A DNA stretch of 34,728 nt, taken from NCBI GenBank assembly GCA_038087875.1, contig JAXLNO010000557.1, forward strand, positions 1 to 34,728, in the 5' to 3' direction. The stretch is from Malacoraja senta. Lineage: Eukaryota. Each line of letters opens with the position of its first letter. Position 1 is the stretch's first letter. Positions 1-10,373 of the stretch are shown here, piece after piece. The notes below the pieces were generated by a model. That model worked only from the letters and a program-made list of their open reading frames with translations, was not told the DNA's origin and made no database searches. Position numbers and translations under genes: made by a program.

Positions 1-295
1 GTCATCGCGCAACTCAACGCACTACGCGATGACGTAGAGATGGCTCACGCCGTACAGGCGGTGCTCGCGGCGCACAGGCGGCGCACTGGCGGTGCTCAAG
101 GCGAAGAGGCGACGGCTGGGCAGTCGGCCGAGATTTTTGAACAGTCGGTTTTTGTGAGCACCGCACGGTGTCGGGACCAACTACATACGGTGTGTGGGAC
201 CGACCCCGCGGGCCATGCGCGGTCTCTGGCGGTCCACGAGCGGTCCCAACTTCCTGCTACACCGCCAGTAACCGCCTGCCCGTGGGACAGGCCTT
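1..295. mobile_element. Right part of a GC-rich non-autonomous DNA transposon (PIF/Harbinger-like terminus)
   Basis: Ends in ...GTGGGACAGGCCT, the same terminus as the MITEs at 7614, 21059 and 25282; left end is outside the window. Confidence 0.6.
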
Positions 296-298
296 TTA

Positions 299-872
299 AA
301 GGCCTGTCTCACGAGTCTGCGGTCATTGGCGGCGAAACGGGAAGAATCTGCCGCCATAGACCGCGCACTCGTGAGAACGCACAATTCCGGGGCCTTGCGG
401 CGGTGTTCCCAACACCGCACGGTGCTAAAATAAAACTTACACTGTCGAAAACTATATTCTTACCGCACAACCTCCACCAGTGATGCACGAGCGCGGCACG
501 GCCGCCCGCACGGGCCGCCGCCAGTGTGGCTCGAGCGCCGTGCGTCAAACTTCCACTGCCACAGCCTCCGCCAGTGAGGCACGTGTGCTGCACGGCCGCA
601 GGCACAGCCACCGCTACAGCGCCGCGATCAGGACGGCCGCCGCCACAGCCGCCGCTCGTGAGTCACGTGCAGTGGGCCGACGTCATCGCAGTCGGCCCGC
701 CCTTTTTTTTTACTTACCGCAAGCACGTGGGACCCGCTGTATTTGAATCACCCGGCCCCCGCGCAGCATCCGTGCGGCGCTCCCGTGGATAGGCTCGGCG
801 CTCTCGCCGTTGCCGTGCGGTCCACTCGACAGGCGAAGCCGCGCTTCACCGCAAACAGGTAAGACAGACCCT
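299..872. mobile_element. GC-rich ~575-bp non-autonomous DNA transposon (PIF/Harbinger-like)
   Basis: Begins AGGCCTGTCTCAC and ends GTAAGACAGACCCT, imperfect TIRs related to AGGGCCTGTCCCAC; abuts the previous element across TTTAA. Confidence 0.55.
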
Positions 873-994
873 TCACATTTTCAGTTTAGATTACTTTAGA
901 GATACAATGTGGCATGTTCATGCTCAAAAGTTGTTTTCTCTGGAACGTCAGAGGCTGAGGGTGACTTGATAGAAGCATATGGTTTTGCGTTCTA

Positions 995-1610
995 TGAGCA
1001 GAATTGGCCATTCGGCCCATCAAGTCTACTCCGTCCTTCAATCATGGCTGATCTACCTTTCCCTCTCAACCCCATTCCCCTGCCTTCTCCCCATAACCCC
1101 TGATACCTGTACTAATCAGGGAATTGTCAATCTCCGCCTTAAAATTATCCAGTGGTCTCACTAGGGCTCTGCAGAAGGACTTCTTTGCTCCTATATTCGA
1201 TTCCTCTTGTTATAAAGGCCAACATGCCATTCGCTTTCTTCACTGCCTGCTGTACCTGCATGCTTAATTTCATAGACTGATGAACAAGGACCCCCAGATC
1301 CCGTTGTACTTCCCCTTTTCCCAACGCCTCCACAGCCGTCTGCGGCAATGAAGTCCACAGATTCACCACTAAAGAAATTCACCCTCATCTCCTTCCTAAA
1401 GGTACGTCCTTTCATTCTGAAGCTGTGGCCTCTGGTCCTAGACTCTCCCACTAGTGGAAACATACTCTCCACATTCATTCTATCCAAGCCTTTCACTATT
1501 TGGTAAGTTTCAATGAGGTCCCCACTCATCTTTCTAAACTCCGGCGAGTACAGGCCCGGTGCCTTCAAACACTCGTCATATGTTAACCCAATCATTCTCG
1601 GGATCATTCG
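995..1610 (-). mobile_element. CR1-clade LINE 3' fragments (rearranged mosaic)
   Basis: ORF2 C-terminal peptides (VQRDLGVLVHQSMK..KKANGML; GDLIETYQIVKGLD..ESRTRGHS) plus the typical 3' UTR. Confidence 0.88.
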
Positions 1611-1611
1611 C

Positions 1612-2090
1612 GTACAAAGGCCCATTAGCCCCCCGAGACCGCGCCGTCCAGTGATCACCCCGTACACACCAGCGCTATCCAAGCACTAGGGACAATTTAC
1701 AATTTACAGAAGCCAATTAACCTACAAACCTGTACATCTTTGGGGTGTGGGAGGAAACCGGAGAACCCGGAGGAAACATTAGACAATAGACAATAGACAA
1801 TAGGTGCAGGAGTAGGCCATTCGGCCCTTCGAGCCAGCATCGCCATTCAATGTGATCATGGCTGATCATCCCCAATCAGTACCCCGTTCCTGCCTTCTCC
1901 CCATATCCACTGACCCCGCTATCTTCAAGAGCCCTATCTAGCTCTCTCTTGAAAGAATCCAGAGAACCGGCCTCCACCGCCCTCTGAGGCAGACAATTCC
2001 ACAGACTCACAACTCTGTGTGAAAAAAGTGTTTCCTCGTCAAACCGGGATCTCTGGCGATGTCAGGCAGCAGTTCTACCAGCTGCGCCCT
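1612..2090 (-). mobile_element. HE1-like V-SINE remnant interrupted by a CR1 3' end (about 1777-2040)
   Basis: SINE body (gggaggaaaccgg..) is broken by a CR1 tail ending in (ATAGACA)n; the SINE head resumes near 2041. Confidence 0.75.
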
Positions 2091-2354
2091 TAAGTAGAGA
2101 GGTACTGGTCTGAGGGTTTAGAGCTGGTTGCATATCTATATACAGGAGGAATAACTGTTGAGTGCAAGGCCAGACTCTCCGTCCTCTGAGAGGGTATCAT
2201 GTCCACCTTGTAGTGAGTCCACTTTAGTTTAGTTTAGTTTACAGAAACAGCGCGGAAACAGGCCCTACGGCCCGCACCGACCAGCGATCCCATCAATCTA
2301 ACACTGGCATTCCCTTTACACTGGCATCAGCCAATCTTCCCTGTCCCGCCTATA

Positions 2355-2902
2355 ATTGGTCCAAAACGCCGCAGCGAGACTCCTGACGGGCACCCGAAAA
2401 AGGGACCACATCACCCCGATTCTGGCCTCTCTCCACTGGCTCCCTGTGCGGTTCCGAATAAATTTCAAGATCCTTCTTTATGATTACAAAGACTTTAACG
2501 GGCTTGCCCCCACCTACATCAAAAGTCTGCTTCCCCACCACACCACCTCCAGGTCCCTCAGATCGGCCGACTTGGGGTTACTGAATATCCCGCGGTCTAG
2601 GCATAAGCTCAGGGGCCGACCGTGCCTTAGTGGTTGCAGCTCCAAGACTGTGGAACAGCATCCCCCTTCCCATCAGAACTGCCCCCTCCATCGACTCTTT
2701 TAAGTCGAGACTTAAAACTCATCTTTACTCTCAAGCCTTTCTTGACGTCCTCTGAGGGAGGGCTATATGTATGTATTTATGTATGTACTTAATCTATGAA
2801 CAACTGTTGTACAACGTTAGTACCTCCACCAATGTAAAGCACTTTGGTCAACGAGAGTTGTTTTTTAAATGTGCTATAGAAATAAAAGTGACTTGACTTG
2901 AC
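2355..2902 (+). mobile_element. L2-clade LINE 3' fragment
   Basis: VQNAAARLLTGTRKRDHITPILASLHWLPVRFRINFKILL, 3' UTR with AATAAA and a (GACTT)n tail. Confidence 0.88.
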
Positions 2903-2934
2903 TAACACTACCTAAGTGTAAGTAGGTGGAATCG

Positions 2935-3437
2935 TAGAGTCATAGATTCATACAGCGTGTAAACAGGCCCTTCAGCCCAACTTGCCCATGCCGACCAACA
3001 TCCCATTTACAGTAGTCCTACCTGCCTGCCTGTGTTTGGCCCACCTACCTGATCTATTCCTCTTATGATTTTGTACACCTCCATAAGATCACCCTTCATC
3101 CTCCTGCGCTAAAAGTAATAGAGTCCCAGCCTGCTCAACCTCTCCCTGTAGCTCAGACCCTTGGGTCCTGGCAACATCCAGAACCAGGGGTCACAGTTTA
3201 AGAATAAGGGGTGAGCCATTCAGGACTGAGATGAAGAAACACTTTTTCACCCAGCGAGTTGTGAATCTGTGGAATTCTCTGCCACAGAGGCAATGGAGGG
3301 CAATTCACTGGATGTTTTCAAGAGAGAGTTAGATTTAGCTCTTAGTGCTAACGGAATCAAGGGATATGGGGAAAAAGCAGGAGCGGGGTACTGATTGTGG
3401 ATGATCAGTCATGATCATATTGAATGGCGGTGCTGGA
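2935..3437. mobile_element. Two CR1 3' fragments in opposite orientations
   Basis: 2935-3178 is a minus-strand tail of the 'gggcctgttt' family; 3178-3437 is plus strand (agaaccaggggtcacag..gatcagtcatgatcatattgaatggcgg). Confidence 0.8.
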
Positions 3438-3450
3438 GATCTACACTTAC

Positions 3451-3561
3451 TGTCCTCGGGTGACGACTTTGTACGTGGAGCTGCCGTAGTTTGCTTCCAC
3501 CGTGCCGAATTCCTCACCGCCAAGCGTGAAGTTCAGGTCTCTGCCGTAGGCGTTCACGAAC
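3451..3561 (-). CDS. slc15a2: slc15a2 exon ~18 (111 nt)
   Basis: cttcccgcag|(R)FVNAYGRDLNFTLGGEEFGTVEANYGSSTYKVVTRG(Q/H)|gtaagt; compare RFVNTLHKDVNISL...DYGVSAYRTVQRGE. Confidence 0.94.
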
Positions 3562-3653
3562 CTGCGGGAAGAAGCCAGGCCTTGCGTCGGACGTGGAACG
3601 ATGTGTTTGCCGGCTGGTAACGGACGGAGGGGGTTAGCGGGGAACTGTCCTAC

Positions 3654-3700
3654 CTCAGGGTGGCCTTGCCCTTCTGCGGCTTGGACTTCTCGTCTTCCAA
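3654..3700 (-). CDS. slc15a2: slc15a2 exon ~17 (47 nt)
   Basis: tacccccag|LEDEKSKPQKGKATL(R)|gtagga; phase 0 to 2. Confidence 0.92.
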
Positions 3701-3725
3701 CTGGGGGTAAAGGCAAGACAGTTAC

Positions 3726-4130
3726 CATAGAAACATAGAAAAATAGGTGCAGGAGTAGGCCATTTGGTCCGAGCCAGCTGATCTAAAATCTGTACCCCAT
3801 TCCTGCTTTCTCCCCATATCCCTTGATTCCGTTAGCCCTAAGAAATAAATCTAACTCCCTCTTGAACACATCCAGGAAATTGGCCTGAACTGCCTTCTGT
3901 GGCAGCGAATTCCACAGATTCACAACTCTCTGGGCGAAAAGCCTTTCTTAATTTTAGTCCTAAATGACCGACCCCTTATTCTTCAACTGTGACCCCTGGT
4001 TCTGGACTCCCCCAAAATCGGGAAAATTTTTCCTGCATCAATCCTGTGCAATCTTTTAAGAAATTTATATGTTTCTATAAGATCTCCTCTCATCCTTCTA
4101 AATTCCAGTGAATACGTCCAGTCGACCCAG
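3726..4130 (-). mobile_element. CR1 3' fragment
   Basis: (CATAGAAA)n tail, 3' UTR and ORF2 end matching 10723-11120. Confidence 0.85.
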
Positions 4131-4179
4131 GAGCTCAGGAAGACGCCTGCAATGGTGTTCATGGTGAAAACAGACTCAG

Positions 4180-4602
4180 TGCTGGAGTAACTCAGCGGGT
4201 CAGGCAGTATGTCTGGAGGGCAGGAATCGGTGACATTTCAGGCCGAGATCCTTCTTCAGACCCCAAACGTCACCTATTCCTTTTCTCCAGAGATACATAG
4301 ATACATAGAAAATAGGTACAGGAGTAGGCCATTCGGCCCTTCGAGCCTGCACCGCCATTCAATATGATGCTGCCTGACCTGATCTAGTCGACATTTTACT
4401 TGCACTCTGTCCACTTTGATATGGTTTTCCTTCCATATCTCTGTCTCTCCCTCTCCCCCGATTCTCAGACTGAAGACGGGTCTCGACCCAGAACGTCACC
4501 CATTCCTTTTCTCCGGAGACGTTGCCTGTCCCGCTGAGTTATTCCAGCATTTTGTGTCTGTCTGTGGTGTAAACCAGCATCTGCCGTTCATTCCTGCCAC
4601 AC
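4180..4602. mobile_element. Penelope pLTR-derived repeats (inverted pair plus one further copy)
   Basis: gctggagtaactcagc / gctgagttactccagc and ctgaaga..gggtctcgaccc motifs shared with the end of the Penelope element at 23330-23430. Confidence 0.7.
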
Positions 4603-4654
4603 GGTATTTAGACTAACTGGGCTCCTTTTAAGGTCGCTGAGGTGCCAGCATTCT

Positions 4655-5200
4655 CTTGCTCACACACTCACACTGACTGTGCCTCGGACTCTCTCACAGA
4701 GAGATGCTTAATCTGCCTCTCACTCTCACGCATATTAACTCTCTCGCCCTCCCTCCATCCCTCACACACACACACACACACACAGATGCTCTGTCACTCT
4801 TATACACACACACACACATACACTCTGATTCTCCCTCACACACACCAGCTCTCCCTCACATACACACAGATGCTCCGTCTCTGCGTGTGGGCACACTAAC
4901 GATCCTTCTCACAGACTCTTCTTTCGTCTTTCTACATCTCATACACACACTCTGATTCTCTCTCACACACACACTAGCTCTCCCTCTCTCTCCCTGTCTC
5001 TCTTACACACTGATGCTCTCTCATAGACAGACTCTGACTCTCCCACACTGACTCTCTGACACTGACTCTGTCTCTCCCACACTGACTACCTCTCATCCTC
5101 TGCCTCCACCTCTACAACTCTGCCTCCACACCTCTACTACCTCCACCCCTTCACCTCTACCTCTCCACACCTCCACCTCTCTCTCTCTCACACACACAAT
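4655..5200. repeat. CA/CT-rich microsatellite and low-complexity tract
   Basis: (CA)n, (CT)n, ACTGACTCT and CCTCYA repeats. Confidence 0.9.
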
Positions 5201-5309
5201 CTGATCCCCACTGCCCCCAGGTGCCAGTGCGGGGAATTGCAGCCCACCAGTTGCATCCCTGAGCCCTCCGGTGGTGCGAAAGGTAATTGCAACTCCCACG
5301 TCCCACTAT

Positions 5310-6010
5310 GGGTGCAGAATTAGGCCATTCCGCCCATCAAGTCTACTCCGCCATTCAATCATGGCTGATCTATCTCTCCCTCCTAACCGCATTCTCCTGC
5401 CTTCTCCCCATAACCCTTGACACCCGTACCAATCAAGAATCCATCCATCTCTGCCTTAAAAATATCAGAGATATTTCTTTGCCGTCTGTGGCAAAGATCA
5501 AGAATCTATCTATCTCTGCCTTAAATATATCCACTGACTTGGCCTCCACAGATGTCTGTGGCAAAGAATTCCACAGATTCACCACCCTCTGACTAAAGAA
5601 ATTCCTCCTCATCTCCTTCCTGATGGTATGTCCTTTTATTCACTGTATCTTTGAGCAAAGATTTCCCCTTTGACAGAGAGAGATTACAAATAACCAGTCA
5701 CTGAGGTGCTCTATCCCAGGATTGAAAAATGTCCAAACTAGAGGGCACAGCTTTAAGGTGAGAGGAGCAAAGTTTAAAGGAAAGTTTCAGAAGGATGAGG
5801 GGAGCGGGGCCTCATTGGATCTTACCGAATAGAGAAAAGTCTGGACAGAGTGGATGTGGACAGGATGTTTCCACTAGTTGGAGAGTCTAGGACCAGAGGC
5901 CATAGCCGCAGAATAAATGGACGTACCTTTAGGAAGGAGATGAGGAGGAACTTCTTTAGTCAGAGAGTGGTGAATCTGTGGAATTCTGCCACAGAAGGCT
6001 GTGAAGGCCA
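5310..6010. mobile_element. Cluster of CR1 3' fragments
   Basis: Minus-strand tail at 5310-5640; plus-strand MFPLVGESRTRGHS..RNFFSQRVVNLWNS at 5785-6010. Confidence 0.8.
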
Positions 6011-6013
6011 AGA

Positions 6014-6352
6014 AATTGGGCAGCTTACAGCCCAGTGGTATGAATATTGATTTCACTCACTTCAGGCAGCCCTGGCATTCCCTCTCTCTCTATCCCTCCC
6101 CCATCCAAGTCGCACTAGCTTCTCATTTCACTCTACAAACAGCTAACAATGGCCTATTTCCTTTATCATCGTTACTTATTTGCATATCTTTCATCCATTG
6201 TTCTTTATCTCTCCACCTCACCGTCTATATCTCTCCTTTCCCTTATCCCTAACCAGTCTGAAGCCAGCTCTTGACCCGAAACATCACCCATTCCTTCTCT
6301 CCAGAGATGCTGCCTGTCCCGCTGAGTTACTGCAGCATTTTGTGTCTATCTT
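6014..6352 (+). mobile_element. Penelope-like 3' end (endonuclease C-terminus plus pLTR)
   Basis: LGSLQPSGMNIDF, compare LVSLPPSGMNLD at 23550, followed by a pyrimidine tract and the pLTR motif. Confidence 0.8.
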
Positions 6353-6444
6353 GGGTATTTTTCTAAGGTGGAGATTGACAGATTCATGATTAGGGGGGGG
6401 TCAGGGATTACGGGGAGAGGCAGAGAATGGAAGTTGTCTCTGGA

Positions 6445-6880
6445 TCGTCCAATCAGCTGAGAAGGTTATTGGCTGCAACCTTCCCTCCATTGAAGAACTG
6501 TACACTGCAAGGGCCAGGAAGCGAGCGGGCAAGATCATCTCTGACCCCTCTCACCCTGGCCACAAATGCTTTGAATCACTTCCCTCTGGAAGGCGACTCC
6601 GGACTGTCAAAGCTGCCACAGCCAGACATAAAAACAGCTTTTTTTTCCACGAGTAGTAGCTCTACTCAACAGCCAAAAATCTGTAGCCCTCTTTTGCTCT
6701 GGTATTTTATTTCATTCACATGTTTAATCGATAATGTTTTATTATTAATGTTTAATGTTTTATGTGTCATTCCTAACTGTCACTGTATGTCATGTTGTCA
6801 CTTGCGGGCGGAGCACCAAGGCAAATTCCTTGTATGTGAATACTTGGCCAATAAACATTCATTCATTCATTCATTCATTG
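6445..6880 (+). mobile_element. Rex1/Babar-like LINE 3' fragment
   Basis: gacccctctcaccctggccac..cttccctctggaaggcga encodes the DPSHPGH..LPSGRR motif; AATAAA and (CATT)n tail. Confidence 0.75.
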
Positions 6881-7613
6881 GATCTTGTGCTACATTACTG
6901 AGAATCTATATTCTGCATTCTAGTATTTTTCTCTTCACTCTACCTATTGTATTTGTGTTTGGCTTGATTGTGTTCATGTATATTATTACCTGATTTGATC
7001 GGATAGCATGCAAACAAAAGCTTTTCACTGTATCTTGGTACACAAAACAATAATAAACTTAAACCTAAACCTAGCCAAGTATAAATGTTTTAGGTGTGGG
7101 AAGTAACTGCAAATGCAGGTTTAAACCACAAGATAAACACAAAAATCGTTGGCTAAGGGGTAGGTGGATATTTTTATTAAGGCAGAGGTAGACAAATTCT
7201 TGGTTAGAACGGGTGTCAAGGGTTATGGGGAGAAGGCAGGAAAATGGGATTAGGAGGCAGAGATCAGCCATGATAGAATGGCGGAGTAGACTCGATGGGC
7301 CAAATGGCCTAATTCTACTCCTATAACTTGTGAACTTGTGAGGTGATAACTAGTTGAGTTAAACTGTCTGTCTAACTCGTCATCGCCCGCTCCACGGCCA
7401 ACAATGGACCATTGTGGGCTCCATCTTTCCTTGGTCATCGTTGCTTTTTGCATATCTTTCATTCATTTGTTCTGCGTACCTTCTATATCTCCGTGCCTCC
7501 CTCTCCCCTGACTCTCAGTCTGGAGAAGGGTCTCAACCCAAAACATCACCTATTCCTTTTATCCAGAGATGCTGCCTGACCCGCTGAATTAGTCCAGTTT
7601 TTTGTGTGTTTAA

Positions 7614-7850
7614 AGGGCCTGTCCCACTTGGTGATTTTTTCGGCGACTGCCAGCATCATTGACTGACGTATCAGGTCACCGGAAATGTCGCTGCGTGACG
7701 ATGTATTGACGCGCGGTGTCTCCTCAAGTGTCGCAACATTTTTTTTGTCGCCGCTGCATTTTGAAATGTTCAAAATCTTTCAGTGACCCTGATACGTCAG
7801 TCAATGATGCCGGCAGTCGCCGAAAAAACCCGCCAAGTGGGACAGGCCCT
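7614..7850. mobile_element. PIF/Harbinger-like MITE (~237 bp)
   Basis: TAA|AGGGCCTGTCCCACTTGG...CCAAGTGGGACAGGCCCT|TAA; ~65-bp imperfect TIRs, 3-bp TAA TSD. Confidence 0.85.
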
Positions 7851-7880
7851 TAAAGGTTCCAGATGATGGTTAATACCTAC

Positions 7881-8045
7881 CAATCTGCAATGTAGGTTTG
7901 TGCTCTCTTTATAGAACAGAATGCTGTAGGCATTGGCTTCACTGAGAGTTTGATGGCATGTTGTGTTCCTGCCTTCATAGATCAGATCAAACATGAAGGA
8001 TTGGTTTTTAGAATCAAGCTGCAACTTGATGTAATGATCTGGATC
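7881..8045 (-). CDS. slc15a2: slc15a2 exon ~16 (165 nt, extracellular domain)
   Basis: gtcacag|DPDHYIKLQLDSKNQSFMFDLIYEGRNTTCHQTLSEANAYSILFYKESTNLHCRL|gtaggt; compare HYSKLHLKTKSQDFHFHLKY. Confidence 0.92.
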
Positions 8046-8204
8046 CTGTGACACAAAATAAATATTTCAGATTTTTTAAAGGCACAATGATATGATCAAA
8101 TTTATATTTCCATAGAAATGGTAACATAGTAAAATATCGTGAGACAAATTGTAATCAGTCTCATTGACCTTTCCTGCATTCTTTCTACAGTCACAGTCGC
8201 AACA

Positions 8205-8500
8205 TTTTTAGTTTAGTTTAGAGATACAGCGCGGAAACAGGCCCTTCGGCCCACCGAGTCCGCACCGACCAGCGATCCCCGCACGCCCACGCTATCCTAC
8301 ACACACTACGGACAATTTACCTTTATACCAAGCCAATTCACCTACAAACCTGTACGTCTTTGGAGTGTGGGAGGAAACCAGAGGTCCCGGAGACAACCCA
8401 CGCAGGTCACGGGGAGAACGTGCAAACTCCATACAGACAGCACCCGTAGTCAGGATCGAACCCGGGTCTACGGCGCTCAACTCTACCGCTGCGCCACCAT
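8205..8500 (-). mobile_element. HE1-like tRNA-derived V-SINE, near full length
   Basis: A box tggcgcagcggt, B box ggttcgatcc, V-domain, tail gggcctgtttccgcgctgtatctc(TAAAC)n. Confidence 0.9.
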
Positions 8501-8504
8501 GCTG

Positions 8505-9362
8505 CCCATTTAAGAAACATTCGGACAGGTACATAGATAGGACAGGTTTAGAGGGATATGGGCCAAACGCAGGCATGTGGGACTGGTGTAGATGGGGCAT
8601 GTTGGCCAGTGTGGGCAAGTTGGGCAGAAGGGCATGTTTCCATGCTGTATGCCTCTATCCCTCTAGTCTTTCTTATTGTCATTCTTACAGCACCATTACA
8701 GGAAGGATGTGGAGGCTTTGGAAAGAGTGCAGGTTTACCAGAATGCTGCATGGTTTAGAGCAGGGGTGTCAAACTCATTGTAGGTCACGGGCAAAATGCA
8801 ACCATGCGCGCCGGATCACGCCATGAACGCAGTCCGCTCCGGCACCGTGGACAGCTGAAGCCCGCTCTGGCATCGGGAAAATCATCCCGCAGGCTGGATC
8901 TGATCAATCATGGGCCGCATCCGCCCCGCAGGCCGAGAGTTTGACACCCCTGGTTTAGAGGGTATTAACTGTAAGGAGATGTTCCACAAACGTTGGAGTG
9001 TTGAAGGGAGGCCTGATAGAAGTATATGAATTAATGAGGCATAGATAGAGTAGACAGTCAGAACCTTTTTTTTCCAAGTGTGAAACTCTCAAATACTAGA
9101 GAGCATAGTTTTAAGACGAGAGAGACAAAGTTTAAAGGAGATGTGTGAAGCGCATTTTTTCATAGAGAGTGTTATATGTCCCTGGAACTCAGCGTGGTGA
9201 CTGGGGCATTTAAGAGGCTTTTAGATAGGCACATGGATATGCAGGGTATCGGGGGATAAGGTTCACATGCAGGTAGAGGAGATTAGTTTAACTGGGCATC
9301 ATGTTTGGCATGGACATTGTGGGCCAAAGGGTCTATTCTTGCACAGAACTATTCTGTTCTCT
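8505..9362 (+). mobile_element. CR1/HER1-like LINE 3' fragments
   Basis: Degenerate ORF2 end and gggccaaagggtctattcttgcac-type tail; interrupted by a hAT MITE. Confidence 0.75.
8761..8952. mobile_element. hAT (Charlie-like) MITE, 192 bp
   Basis: Perfect 16-bp TIR CAGGGGTGTCAAACTC; perfect 8-bp TSD GTTTAGAG (8753-8760 and 8953-8960). Confidence 0.92.
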
Positions 9363-9527
9363 ACGTTCCAATCTACCTCAAAGTGGCCATTGCGCTTTTT
9401 CTGACTGCACTTTCTCTGTAGCTGCAACTCTATTTTTTTGCACTGTTTATTTTTCTCTTTTGCATTACCTGATGTACTCATGCCCATCTTGTCCAAGCCA
9501 AACATTATGCCAAGTTAAACTAAACTT

Positions 9528-10135
9528 CCCTGGAATTTAGACGGATGAGAGGGAATCTTATAGAAACATATAAAATTCTTAAAGCATTAGACAGACTAGA
9601 TGCAGGAAAAATGTTCCCGATGTTGTGGGAGTCCAGAACCAGGGGTCACAGTTTAAGAATAAGGGGTAGGCCATTTAGGACGGAGATGAGGAAAAACATT
9701 TTCACCCAGATGTTGCGAATCTGTGGAAGGCAGTGGAGGCGAATTCACTGGATGTTTTCAAGAGAGATTAGATATAGCTCTTAGGGCTAATGGAATCAAC
9801 CCGGGGAAAAAGTTGCCCCTCAGGTTCCCATTAAATCTTTCTCTTCTCACCGTAGAACTATATTCTCTGGTTCTTGATCCCTCTACTCTGGATAAAAGAC
9901 TGTGCATTCACACTATCTATTCCCCTCATGATCTTATACACCTCTCAACCTCCTGTCCTCTAAGGAATAGAGTCCTAACCTGTCCAACTTCTCCCTACAG
10001 CTCAGGGCCTCAAGTCCTGGCAACATCTTAGTAAATCTCTGCAGTCATTCTAGCTTAGTGACATCCTTCCTGTACCTGGGTGATCTAAAACTCAGCACAA
10101 TATTCCAAATGCGGCCTTAACAATGTCCTGTACAA
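9528..10135. mobile_element. CR1 fragments (plus 9528-9800; minus 9800-10135)
   Basis: MRGNLIETYKILKALDRLDAGKMFPM..ESRTRGHSLRIRG, then a degenerate opposite-strand copy. Confidence 0.8.
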
Positions 10136-10373
10136 CTGTCTGAAGAAGGATCTCAACCCGAAACGTCGCCCATTCCTTCTCTCCAGAGATGCTGCCTCAC
10201 CCGCTGAGTTACTTCAGCATTTTGTGACTACTCTCGATTTAAACCAGCATCTGGAGTTCTTTCTCTTCTCAAAGCCCTGACTGATGAAGGCCAAAGTACC
10301 AAACAAGTGCCTTCTGGACTATCCCATCTACCTGCAACACCACTATCAAAGAACCATGCAGTGCACTCCTAGA

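Noticed and set aside
40..792. Several overlapping 80-150 aa ORFs in the GC-rich block, or a gene promoter CpG island
   Set aside because: No recognisable domain; high GC makes stops scarce; the block is bounded by TIRs and lies in an intron.
1..3450. slc15a2 exon ~19 (expected ..L(D/E)FGxxY.. motif)
   Set aside because: No matching minus-strand segment found, including the unique stretch 2090-2220; it probably lies beyond the window.
6427..6993. 188-aa ORF with hydrophobic C-terminus
   Set aside because: Off-frame read of a Rex/Babar fragment plus its T-rich 3' UTR.
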